Of a DNA stretch of 64,000 bases, positions 55,170-64,000 are shown in pieces; positions within the stretch are counted from its first letter, which is position 1, and the number at the start of each line of letters is the position of its first letter. Origin of the DNA: Myxococcota bacterium (GTDB lineage: Bacteria > Myxococcota_A > SURF-8 > G963663525); contig CAXXVK010000054.1 in assembly GCA_963676915.2 (NCBI GenBank), positions 22,452 to 86,451 of the forward strand, given 5' to 3'. Below the pieces are notes generated by a model, which worked only from the letters and a program-made list of their open reading frames with translations, was not told the origin of the DNA and ran no database searches. The position numbers and the translations under genes are program-made.

Positions 55170-56225
55170 ATGAAAGTCGGTGTCGTAGGATTCAGAGGTT
55201 CGGGAAAAACGACGGTTTTCAATGCTTTGACGGGATTGAACGCCGAAACGGGTGGATTTTCCTCCGCCGACAAGGCCAATCTTGGAATTATCAAAGTACC
55301 CGATGAGCGCGTGGATATCCTGACGGAAATTTACGAGCCGAAAAAAACGATTTTCGCCGAAGTGATGTTTGCCGACCTCGCTGGAACGACCCCCGAGGCC
55401 GGAGGTAAGGGGTTTTCGTCGCAGATGTTGGCGGAAATGCGCAATGCCGATGCTTTAGTGCATGTTGTGCGGGACTTCGACAACCCCGGTCTCAGTCAGG
55501 CTCGTGACCCGAAAGGCGACGCGGAGCGATTCAATTCGGAATTGGTGCTTGCAGACCTGATGGTGGTTGAAAAACGCTTGGAGCGTTTGCACAAGGAAGG
55601 CAACAAAGGGCGTGAGACGAAATTGTTCGAGCGCCTTACGGCTCATTTGGAGGAAGATCGTCCACTGCGTACGATGGCAATCGATGAAGCCGAAGAGAAA
55701 CAGCTTGCTTCCTATGCGTTTCTTTCACGTAAGCCCATGCTTTTATTGATAAATACAACCGATGACAAAGCCTCCGATCCGGTGCCCGAACCGTTGGTTG
55801 CTTTGTCCGGAATTCATGAAAATCCCCTGTTCGTGATGAGCGCTCAGGTGGAAATGGAACTCAATGACCTGGATGACGAGGAGAAAAAGGATTTTCTCTC
55901 CGATCTCGGATTGGAAGAACCGGCCCGGTTGCGATTCATCAAAGCCGTCTATTCCATGCTGGATCTGATGTCTTTTCTCACGGTTGGCAAGGATGAAGTC
56001 CGTGCCTGGACGATTCGCAAAGGAACTCCGGCAGTCAAAGCGGCAGGGAAGATTCACTCCGACATCGAGCGGGGGTTTATCCGGGCCGAAGTCACCGACT
56101 ACCGGGATCTCGTCGAAACCCAGGGAAACGAGGCCAAATGTCGTGAACTGGGAAAAATGAGGCTGGAAGGAAAAGAGTACGTCATTCAGGATGGAGAAGT
56201 GGTGCATTTCCGTTTCAACGTCTGA
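55170..56225 (+). CDS. ychF: YchF/Ola1 family ATPase
   Basis: GSGKTT, VPDER, DLAG, HVVR, EVRAWT, AGKIHSDIERGFIRAE and RLEGKEY motifs. Confidence 0.9.
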   Translation: MKVGVVGFRGSGKTTVFNALTGLNAETGGFSSADKANLGIIKVPDERVDILTEIYEPKKTIFAEVMFADLAGTTPEAGGKGFSSQMLAEMRNADALVHVVRDFDNPGLSQARDPKGDAERFNSELVLADLMVVEKRLERLHKEGNKGRETKLFERLTAHLEEDRPLRTMAIDEAEEKQLASYAFLSRKPMLLLINTTDDKASDPVPEPLVALSGIHENPLFVMSAQVEMELNDLDDEEKKDFLSDLGLEEPARLRFIKAVYSMLDLMSFLTVGKDEVRAWTIRKGTPAVKAAGKIHSDIERGFIRAEVTDYRDLVETQGNEAKCRELGKMRLEGKEYVIQDGEVVHFRFNV

Positions 56226-56483
56226 TTCTTTTTGAGGCAAATCGCAAGTATCGGCAAAGATTAGGATCGAATGCCGTTGGATGTTGCAGTTCGGCCTATT
56301 TTGTGCTTTTGTACTATATAGAATGAAGCAAAACAAAAACTCCACCGAGGATCTGAAATTGTTTTCAACTCGGGCTCGACGATGTTTCCGGCGATAGATC
56401 GATTGCGGGGCGAAGAAATTCTCCTGCTTGAGAAAGAAATTGTCGAAAGCCGTGGTTGGAGACCGGAAAGATAGCGGGGAACG

Positions 56484-58952
56484 ATGAAAGCCAAATGTTT
56501 TTATTGCCAAGCCGGATTCCGTTTTGATGAGGCTAAAATTCAAACGAGGGCAGTGATAACCTGTCCATCGTGTGGCAAGAAAAATCTACTGGAACAAAAA
56601 CCCAATTCAGCGGAACCGGATTTTTTTATCCTTCCGTACGAAAAAGGGGACAAAGACAAGACCCCGGATTCTTATCGTAAAGCCGAAGAGCGAAAAACGG
56701 GAAAAACCGTTGTTTTGAAAGCCTCGGGCGACGAAAGTATTTTGGAACTAGACGAAGACAAGGAGCAAAAACCTACACTTCGTGAAGGCGCTCGGCGTCA
56801 CGCCGCCCCCGAACCTGTGACGAAAAAGGAAGAAAAACTCACCAAAGAACAACTTCAGGCAGCCCAAGCCAAAAAACCGGAACCAAAGAAAGATGCCATT
56901 TCGGCTGAAGAAAAAAAACGACTGGTTCAGACCTCTGAAAGCGTCAAAGAAAAACTGGAGCAATCGCGTCAAGCGTCTTCTGCGACAATGACGGATCGGC
57001 GGTATGATCCTCGTTTGCAGCGTCAATTGCAGAAATCTATGGGATGGGATAAGCGATACTTCTATTCCGCTATCGTGCTGCTTGTGTTGATCGTCGGGGT
57101 GTTGATGTACGGCTCGATGGGAGATGATAAAGAAAAAACGCCGAAAAAAGCGGTTGGGAACGCCGAGGGCTTGCAGGTCATTGAAGGCATGAAAGCCAAG
57201 TATCCTAATGTTGACCCCCAAACGGATTATCTCACGGCAGGCAAAGAAGCTATGGCTCTCGATACACCTGATGGGTACCGAATCGCCATCGATTCCCTGG
57301 CTCGTGCGGTCATTGCCAATCCTGTCGACGATCAGGCGATTGCTGCCTATGTAGAGGCATGGATTTTATCGAAAAAAACACTCGACGATGTGGATGAACG
57401 GCGAAAAATTATTGATCTGTTAGCTCATGCTCTCGACGCCAGCAAAGATCCTACGGCAGTTTATTTGGCGAAAACGCGCTATTTCCTTGTGACCGGACAG
57501 TTGCAAAAAGCCATTACCGAAGTGGAAAAAGCGAAAAAGCGACATCCGGATCAAATTGCAACGAAAGCTTTGGTCGCAGAAACCGAATTACCCGACAATC
57601 CGCAAATGACGTTGAAGATTCTCGATTCTTTACACCAATCCGGTACGTTGCCCAGACATTCATACGTCGTGTTGGCTGAAGCCTATCGAGAACTCGGCAA
57701 TTTTTACCAGGCTGCCCATATTCTGGAGGAAAGGCGGAACATCGAACCCCAGTATTGCACCAACTGTCTGATGTTGGGACAACTTTACGAATCGGTCGCG
57801 CAATACGAAAAAGCTTTGGATATTTTTCAGAAGCTCGATGAGGCTCAGGCTTCCACTCCCGATGGCATTTTAGGGCAGGTCGGAGTACTTTATCTTCAGG
57901 GAAAACCTCTCGAAACGATTCTTGCCATGTTGGAAAGTTTTCCTGCGGAGCGGTTGAACGGCTTTTCGAAGGAAGATCGTGGCCGGTTCCTGGTGGCCAA
58001 AACGCACTACCAGATTCTTGCCGACGACTTCGCCGGAGCACGTCGTACCAACAACAAAGCGCGGGCGATGTTGCCGTTTGATCCTCAAACCCGGTACCAT
58101 TACGTTTTGTTGGGAGCTTTGGAGCATTTGGGGGAAGGAGCCAATGCCGACGAACTGACGACCATGGCCGAAAGCCTGACTCGGGATCTCCCTCATAATC
58201 CAGCGGCATGGTGGGTTCGGGGTTTGCTGGCTTGGAAACAACAGAATTTCAAGCAGGCGAATGAATTTCTCACAAAATCTGTAAAAATCAACGAAACGTT
58301 CCTTCCCGGCGTTTCGTCGATCGCTCGTTTTTACTTGGAGATTCACGAGCCGATCAAAGCCATGCAATACTTGTCACAGTTAGGCAAAGCCGATCCAGTG
58401 GAACTCGAAGAAGTTCCACCGTTGAATTATTATACGAAAGTTATGCCTGAACCTCAGCAATTGGTAGAGGCGATCAAATCCATTCCCAAGAATGTGATCG
58501 ATCAAGATCTTAAATATTTTCTGTTGGGAGTGTTTAATTACTACATGAACGATATTGAAGGGGCGCAGTACTATTTCCGTCTTGTTTTCAAAAACGATCG
58601 TGAGCATCCGCGTGCGCGCCTGTTCATGGGATACACCTTTTTGAAACAGGAAAAATTTGATCAGGCGAGGGAAGAAGCGATGGTGGTGCTTGAGAAAAAC
58701 CCGAAAAACGCTCGGGTTGCCTACCTGATCGCGCTCAGTTTCGTCCGTCGAGGGGAATACGAGCAATCCTTGCGGAGTTTGGAACGCTTGTTGGAGCAGT
58801 TCCCTCGTTATGTTGCTCCAATGACGGACATGGCAATGATTCATCTGCGGCAAAATCGCTTGATCGATGCCCAGGAATATGCCAAAAAAGCCTACCAGCT
58901 TTTACCGGAATCACGTCATGTGAGGGCGGTTCGGTATTTGGTAAAAATTTAG
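56484..58952 (+). CDS. Zinc-ribbon / TM / multi-TPR membrane protein
   Basis: N-terminal CFYC...CPSC; charged linker; one TM segment; long TPR-like helical C-terminal region. Confidence 0.75.
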   Translation: MKAKCFYCQAGFRFDEAKIQTRAVITCPSCGKKNLLEQKPNSAEPDFFILPYEKGDKDKTPDSYRKAEERKTGKTVVLKASGDESILELDEDKEQKPTLREGARRHAAPEPVTKKEEKLTKEQLQAAQAKKPEPKKDAISAEEKKRLVQTSESVKEKLEQSRQASSATMTDRRYDPRLQRQLQKSMGWDKRYFYSAIVLLVLIVGVLMYGSMGDDKEKTPKKAVGNAEGLQVIEGMKAKYPNVDPQTDYLTAGKEAMALDTPDGYRIAIDSLARAVIANPVDDQAIAAYVEAWILSKKTLDDVDERRKIIDLLAHALDASKDPTAVYLAKTRYFLVTGQLQKAITEVEKAKKRHPDQIATKALVAETELPDNPQMTLKILDSLHQSGTLPRHSYVVLAEAYRELGNFYQAAHILEERRNIEPQYCTNCLMLGQLYESVAQYEKALDIFQKLDEAQASTPDGILGQVGVLYLQGKPLETILAMLESFPAERLNGFSKEDRGRFLVAKTHYQILADDFAGARRTNNKARAMLPFDPQTRYHYVLLGALEHLGEGANADELTTMAESLTRDLPHNPAAWWVRGLLAWKQQNFKQANEFLTKSVKINETFLPGVSSIARFYLEIHEPIKAMQYLSQLGKADPVELEEVPPLNYYTKVMPEPQQLVEAIKSIPKNVIDQDLKYFLLGVFNYYMNDIEGAQYYFRLVFKNDREHPRARLFMGYTFLKQEKFDQAREEAMVVLEKNPKNARVAYLIALSFVRRGEYEQSLRSLERLLEQFPRYVAPMTDMAMIHLRQNRLIDAQEYAKKAYQLLPESRHVRAVRYLVKI

Positions 58953-59072
58953 TTCGAGCCGTATTCAATCGGCACGAGAAACGAAACGCCTGGAATTTCC
59001 AACGTGAAAGCATGAGTCATGTTTTACGCGGAGGGGATTGAACGGGTGAAAATTTATCGATTGGGAGTGAAA

Positions 59073-60347
59073 ATGAAGGTATTGGTGCTTGGCGGCGGTG
59101 GAAGAGAACACGCCATTGTAACGGCTCTGAAGCGTAGCCCTTCGGTAGAGAAAATTTTTGCGGCTCCGGGGAGCGACGCGATTGCAAAGATGGCCGAGAA
59201 GGCCGACGTGGACGCGAACGATGTCGTAGCGGTAGCCGATTGGGCGAAGAAAAATGCTGTCGATTTGACTATGGTAGGGCCGGAAGCTCCTCTCGTGGAT
59301 GGAATCGTGGACGAGTTTCATAATCGTGGGATGGCGATTGTCGGTCCCGAGAAACAGGCCGCCATGCTCGAAGGCTCCAAGGCTTTCGCCAAACATATCA
59401 TGCGGGAAGCCGGTGTTCCGACCGCCGATTTCGGGGAATTTCAAGACCTTGATTTCGCTCTGGAATATATCCGTAACGCCAAACACAAACTCGTGATCAA
59501 AGCCGACGGTCTGGCCGCCGGAAAAGGCGTGATCGTCTGTGAAACGGCGGAAGAAGCCGAGAAAGCCGTGACGGAAATGCTGGTGGACCGGCGTTTCAAA
59601 GAAGCGGGCGCGAAAGTGGTCATCGAAGAGCGTCTGGAAGGCGAAGAAGCCAGCTTGCTGGCGCTGACCGACGGCAAGACCATCATTCCGCTGCCTTCGT
59701 CGCAGGATCATAAACGGGTGTTTGATAATGATGAAGGACCGAATACCGGTGGAATGGGAGCGTATTCTCCCGCTCCGGTGCTGACCGGCAAAGCCTATGA
59801 AGAAGCGGTCGAGAAGGTGATTGCTCCCATCGTTCGATCGATGGCGAACAAAGGCACGCTCTACAAGGGAATTCTGTACGCCGGATTGATGATGACCGAT
59901 GAAGGTCCGAAAGTCCTGGAGTACAATTGCCGTTTCGGAGATCCTGAAACCCAGCCGCTGTTGACTCGTCTGACCTCGGATTTCGGAGAAGCTTTGATGG
60001 CTTGCGCCCAAGGTCGTTTGGATGAAATCGAAATGACCTGGGATGACCGCGCTGCCGTATGTATTGTGCTGGCCGCTGGCGGATATCCCGGAAGTTACGA
60101 AAAAGGCAAGAAAATCGAAGGGATCGAAGAAGCCGACGCTATGGACGGTGTTCAGGTCTACCATGCGGGAACCCGTTGGAGCGAGGACGCTTGGGTTACT
60201 CATGGTGGGCGAGTGCTTGGTGTAACAGCGCTGGGCGAGACGATTCAAAAGGCTGTGGATCTTGCCTACAAAGCTGCCGAAACCATCACTTTCGAAGGTC
60301 GGCACATGAGAAAAGATATCGCACGCCGTGCATTGGATAGAGTGTAA
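59073..60347 (+). CDS. purD: Phosphoribosylamine--glycine ligase
   Basis: GGGGREHA, VGPEAPL, KADGLAAGKGV, QDHKR, GPNTGGMGAY and NCRFGDPE motifs. Confidence 0.98.
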   Translation: MKVLVLGGGGREHAIVTALKRSPSVEKIFAAPGSDAIAKMAEKADVDANDVVAVADWAKKNAVDLTMVGPEAPLVDGIVDEFHNRGMAIVGPEKQAAMLEGSKAFAKHIMREAGVPTADFGEFQDLDFALEYIRNAKHKLVIKADGLAAGKGVIVCETAEEAEKAVTEMLVDRRFKEAGAKVVIEERLEGEEASLLALTDGKTIIPLPSSQDHKRVFDNDEGPNTGGMGAYSPAPVLTGKAYEEAVEKVIAPIVRSMANKGTLYKGILYAGLMMTDEGPKVLEYNCRFGDPETQPLLTRLTSDFGEALMACAQGRLDEIEMTWDDRAAVCIVLAAGGYPGSYEKGKKIEGIEEADAMDGVQVYHAGTRWSEDAWVTHGGRVLGVTALGETIQKAVDLAYKAAETITFEGRHMRKDIARRALDRV

Positions 60348-60380
60348 TAACCGATATTTATTGACGAGAAGGATAATTTG

Positions 60381-60932
60381 ATGACTACGGCAGAAACACC
60401 GACATTAGAAACTGGAGAAAAAAGCGTATTGGTCGTAATGGGCAGTGATTCGGATGCCAAAGCGATGAAAAGCGCATGGAAAGTATTGCAGCAATTCAAC
60501 GTTCCTTGTGAATTTACCGTGGTTTCCGCACATAGAAGCCCGGATAAAGCCATAAAACTGGCGCGTTACGCTCGTCTTCGCGGTGTTGGCGTGATCATCG
60601 CCGCTGCCGGTGGTGCCGCTCACCTTGCTGGAGTTTTCGCCGCCAAAACGACTCTTCCCGTGATTGGTGTAGCACTCGACGCCACTGCGCTCGACGGCAT
60701 GGATGCACTGCTGTCCACGGTGATGATGCCCCCCGGAGTTCCCGTGGCCTGTACCGGCATCGGCTCGTGGGGTGCTCGCAATGCGGCGTTGATGGCCGTG
60801 CAGATTCTATCGCTTCAGGACGAACGCTTGGCAACCTTACTGGCCGAGTACAAAGTGCGTATGGAAGAGGAAGTTTCGCAGAAGGACGACCATCTCCAGG
60901 AGATTCTGATCGACTGGGCCGAGGACAAGTGA
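60381..60932 (+). CDS. purE: N5-carboxyaminoimidazole ribonucleotide mutase
   Basis: MGSDSD, SAHRSP, AGGAAHL, PVIGV and MPPGVPVA motifs. Confidence 0.96.
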   Translation: MTTAETPTLETGEKSVLVVMGSDSDAKAMKSAWKVLQQFNVPCEFTVVSAHRSPDKAIKLARYARLRGVGVIIAAAGGAAHLAGVFAAKTTLPVIGVALDATALDGMDALLSTVMMPPGVPVACTGIGSWGARNAALMAVQILSLQDERLATLLAEYKVRMEEEVSQKDDHLQEILIDWAEDK

Positions 60933-61504
60933 CCTCGTTTCGGCGACTTCCGGCGGGAGGCATTGCCTGCTATCCGACCGAAACCTGCTGGGGACTGGGG
61001 GGGCGTTACGACGATCGAGCCGCGTACAAAGCCTTGTTGGAGTTGAAACGCTGTTCGGAACGTCCATTTCTTGTGCTGGTCGGTGACGTGAAGGATTTGG
61101 AGGGAATTGCCTTATCCCCCGCCGATTCCGTTCGAAAAGCTATGGATGCCTTCTGGCCCGGACCGCTAACTCTATTGTTCGATCCGGCACGGAACTGTCC
61201 CGATTATCTTGTTGGAGAATCTGGGAAAGTCGCCGTACGGATGAGTCCGCATGATGGTGCCAAACGACTGATATCATTGGCGGGACCGTTGGTGTCTACA
61301 AGCGCCAACCTATCCGGGCAATCCGTAGTGAACGGCATCGAGGAAGCCAGGCGACTTTTTGGAGAAAGCGTTTCCCTCTATTGGGACGACGGCGAGCCGC
61401 CCATTCCACCGCAAAGCAGCACATTGGCTGTTTGGGAAGAGAAATGGCGTATCCTGCGAGAGGGTCCGGTGTCGTTGGAGGAATTACAGCGTTTGGACCG
61501 TTGA
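60929..61504 (+). CDS. tsaC: Threonylcarbamoyl-AMP synthase (TsaC/YrdC)
   Basis: YPTETCWGL, FWPGPLT, VAVR and STSANLSG motifs; GTGA overlap with purE. Confidence 0.88.
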   Translation: MTSFRRLPAGGIACYPTETCWGLGGRYDDRAAYKALLELKRCSERPFLVLVGDVKDLEGIALSPADSVRKAMDAFWPGPLTLLFDPARNCPDYLVGESGKVAVRMSPHDGAKRLISLAGPLVSTSANLSGQSVVNGIEEARRLFGESVSLYWDDGEPPIPPQSSTLAVWEEKWRILREGPVSLEELQRLDR

Positions 61505-61565
61505 AAAGCGATGAAACTGCCCGAATGATCGGACGAATCTTGGATGAATGCTATCCAGGGACTTC

Positions 61566-62321
61566 ATGAGCGACGACCTGCAAAACACGACTCAAGACAC
61601 AACCTTTCATGGAAAGGTCGTGCTGTATCAACCTCGCCGGGGATATCGTTTTTCCCTCGATTCTCTGCTACTGGCTCACTTCATAGACCGCCAATCTTCT
61701 AAGACTCTCGATCTTTGCGCCGGATGCGGTATTGTTGGGTTGCTGTTGCTGTTCACCAATCGCTGTGAAACGGTGACGGCCGTGGAAATCGATGCTCATC
61801 TTGCGCAGTTGGCGGAAAAAAATGCGGACCTCAATGGTTTGTCTGAAAAATATGTCGTTTCAAAGAAAGATTACCGGCGGTTTTCCCCTCCAAGTTCCGG
61901 TCGGGGATTCGAATTGGTCATTTCCAATCCTCCCTATTTTCCGGCCGGTTCGGGGCGCTTGAATCCCGATGACGCCGAAGCGCAAGGGCGTCACGAAAGA
62001 CATGGGCGTTTGGACGACCTGTTGGCGAAAGCTTCACAATGTATGACTCCCAAAGGGCGGTTGGCTTTGGTGCTTCCGGCGTTTCGACTGCACGAGTTGG
62101 CGGTGAAACTGGATCGCCGGGGCTTGCGAATAAAGCGCCTTAGGATGGTGCATCCTCATCCCGATAAAAGCGCTGGGCAAGTGCTTATCGAAGCGGTTCG
62201 GGGAAAAAATACACGGCTGGAAGTGATGGCTCCGTTGATCGTTCGTCGAATAGATGGGGAGTATTCAGAAGAGGTGGAAGCGATTCTGGCGGGAAACTGG
62301 CCAAGCCTGGAACATTCATGA
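61566..62321 (+). CDS. tRNA1(Val) A37 N6-methyltransferase-like SAM-dependent methyltransferase
   Basis: QPRRGYRFSLDSLLL, LDLCAGCG and NPPYF motifs. Confidence 0.88.
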   Translation: MSDDLQNTTQDTTFHGKVVLYQPRRGYRFSLDSLLLAHFIDRQSSKTLDLCAGCGIVGLLLLFTNRCETVTAVEIDAHLAQLAEKNADLNGLSEKYVVSKKDYRRFSPPSSGRGFELVISNPPYFPAGSGRLNPDDAEAQGRHERHGRLDDLLAKASQCMTPKGRLALVLPAFRLHELAVKLDRRGLRIKRLRMVHPHPDKSAGQVLIEAVRGKNTRLEVMAPLIVRRIDGEYSEEVEAILAGNWPSLEHS

Positions 62322-62572
62322 AAATCGTTACGAGACGCCGGAAACCGAAGAGCTTTCATGAAGTTGGAGCGATTTTCACCCGCAGGCATACTGGAAAGTC
62401 TGTTGAGGATGAAAATCGGGAAACGATTGAAAGATCGAGAGTTTTCAAGTCGGAGTAGGTTTCTCATGAATTTTCCAGGCTAATCTCTAAGAAAATGGGA
62501 TCTGGTTCGAAAATTGCTACATATCGGTAAGATCTGAGAGTGGCTCCGGTTGTTTCGAAAGGTGGAGTTTCC

Positions 62573-64000
62573 ATGGTTTCGACACGAAACATGCGTTTTA
62601 CGAACTGTTTTTTGACGGTTTGTCTTGTTGGGATCGTTTTTATACTCGGTTGTTCGGATAATTCCGATTCCGTGGCGAACATCGTGGAAGGCGGGGTGCT
62701 CGAAGCGCTGGCTTCACCCGAGGACGTTCATCCAGCCGGGGTCGTGTCCTACGGAGACGCCGTGTATTTTGCGACATCCACCGGTTTGGTGGTGAAAAAC
62801 GCCGCCGATCCGACCGCGACCGGTGAAAAAACATTGGAAAACAAGAATCTGACGGCTCTTGCAATTTCCTATGGACAAAAGAGGTTGTTCGCCGCTGAAG
62901 AAGGGCAGGGCGTTTGGGTCTTGTCGCTGGAAAACCCGCTGCATCCTGAACCGGCAAACGAAGCACCGTTGGATCTTCCCGTTACAGTTGGAAGTCGTCT
63001 TGCCGTTTGGGGAGCGACTTTGTATGTAGCTTCGGATTCGCTCAAGGGGTATTCCTTTGATGGTGCGGAAATGGAATCCGTTTCTTTCGATGCACCGGTG
63101 GTGGATTTTTTCGTTATTGACGCCAAATTGGTGCTCGTATTCGAAAAACGTGTGGAAATCCGTTGGATCGAAGATCCGGGGAAGGTCGTAACTGAACGTT
63201 CGTTTACTCGTCCCATCTTAGCGGCTGCGGTAGGTGCGGCGCGAGTTGCGCTGGCGCTGGAAAAAGAAGGGGTGCTTGTTTTAGATTTAAATGATCTGCA
63301 AGCTTCTGAAATTCTTGCGGAATATCCAGACGTGGTTTGGGTTCAATCGTCGGGACAAACGCTGGTTTATGCACGATCTTCGGGAACGGTGCAGGCCGTT
63401 GGCTGGACCGACACCGAAACTCCGCTGGCGCTGGGTGGTTTTTTTGCCTCGGAACCTGTCGAATTTGTCGCTCCGGCGGGAGGGATTCTCTGGGCGGGAA
63501 GTGAACGAGGGCTGGAAGCCTACAATCTTCCGCCGTTTCCCGTATGGAAAAGCTACCGAGACTCTATGCCGCCTTACAACGAACTGGTTTTTCATTTCAG
63601 TGAACCGCTCGATGAGGCTACGTTGCCGGAATCCGTGGCTTGGTTCGATGGAAGCGAGACGGTGGAACATTCTGTGTTGACCGGTCTTTCTTCAGACGTG
63701 TTACGTGTCGTTCCCAAGGACAGTCTAAAAGGAAAGTATAGTTATCCTTTCGAAATTACGGGAGAAATCAAAGATCGTCTCGGTGCGGCTCTGATTGGGA
63801 CGACACCACTGGAGATTCAAACGACCGAGTTCGAAGATGCCTGGACGCTGGAGCCGTCTTCTTGTTCGCACAGCATTGACGGAACGGATACGGAGCAAAA
63901 CGATTGTAAAGAGTGGTCCGATCTTAAAGAAATCGAAGGTATCTATGGGACATGGACGGTCGATTACATCAATCAAGATATGTTTTTACGATATCGTACC
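62573..64000 (+). CDS. Large lipoprotein with LVIVD/propeller-like repeats and an Ig-like (SbsA/Big_5-like) domain; runs off the window end
   Basis: Manual translation from ATG 62573 (GGAG RBS) is open to 64000: lipobox ILGC-SDNSD; GVWVLSLENPLHP repeats; FSEPLDEATL...IKDRLG; absent from the ORF track because no stop falls inside the window. Confidence 0.75.
   Translation, partial: MVSTRNMRFTNCFLTVCLVGIVFILGCSDNSDSVANIVEGGVLEALASPEDVHPAGVVSYGDAVYFATSTGLVVKNAADPTATGEKTLENKNLTALAISYGQKRLFAAEEGQGVWVLSLENPLHPEPANEAPLDLPVTVGSRLAVWGATLYVASDSLKGYSFDGAEMESVSFDAPVVDFFVIDAKLVLVFEKRVEIRWIEDPGKVVTERSFTRPILAAAVGAARVALALEKEGVLVLDLNDLQASEILAEYPDVVWVQSSGQTLVYARSSGTVQAVGWTDTETPLALGGFFASEPVEFVAPAGGILWAGSERGLEAYNLPPFPVWKSYRDSMPPYNELVFHFSEPLDEATLPESVAWFDGSETVEHSVLTGLSSDVLRVVPKDSLKGKYSYPFEITGEIKDRLGAALIGTTPLEIQTTEFEDAWTLEPSSCSHSIDGTDTEQNDCKEWSDLKEIEGIYGTWTVDYINQDMFLRYRT

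Noticed and set aside
58965-60305. 446-aa ORF antisense to purD
   Set aside because: It lies almost entirely opposite a conserved gene and has no recognisable motifs; codon bias readily gives such stop-free shadow frames
62318-62460. Short ORF (MKIVTRRRK...) overlapping the methyltransferase stop codon
   Set aside because: Under 50 aa with no RBS or recognisable motif; cannot be supported
1-64000. CRISPR arrays, IS elements, prophage genes, rRNA and known riboswitches
   Set aside because: No regularly spaced repeats, transposase, integrase or phage motifs, or riboswitch consensus found by eye; a covariance-model scan would be needed to exclude RNAs fully

Overview
64 kb of bacterial chromosome at roughly 50% GC (estimated by eye). 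The gene content suggests a deltaproteobacterial or Myxococcota-like lineage (inference): a PilZ protein, an ECF sigma/ActD-like/caspase module, a zinc-ribbon-TPR protein, multi-PAS kinases and lipoproteins with acidic linkers. Housekeeping genes include cdd, a dksA-like gene, tRNA-Ser(GCT), an EF-P paralog, ileS, cysK, thyX, a purN-like gene, ychF, purD, purE, tsaC, a tRNA m6A37 methyltransferase and dacB. Interspersed with these are envelope genes (TonB receptor, outer-membrane barrels, large lipoproteins, a TatT/TatP/TatQM TRAP system) and signalling genes. I found no CRISPR array, transposase, integrase, rRNA or prophage. The best candidates for undescribed biology are: (1) a translationally coupled ECF sigma / membrane anti-sigma / exported caspase-like protease operon with shared [K/R]G motifs that may be cleavage sites; (2) a ~145-nt nested perfect inverted-repeat element upstream of cysK; (3) a pseudokinase-GAF-PAS-histidine kinase fusion next to an output-less REC-GAF-PAS-PAS protein, with a possible structured leader. 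Smaller oddities are an EfpL-type EF-P behind a tRNA terminator, a one-Cys DksA and a class II HMG-CoA reductase lacking most of its C-terminal flap. All family calls come from motif recognition; no database search was run.
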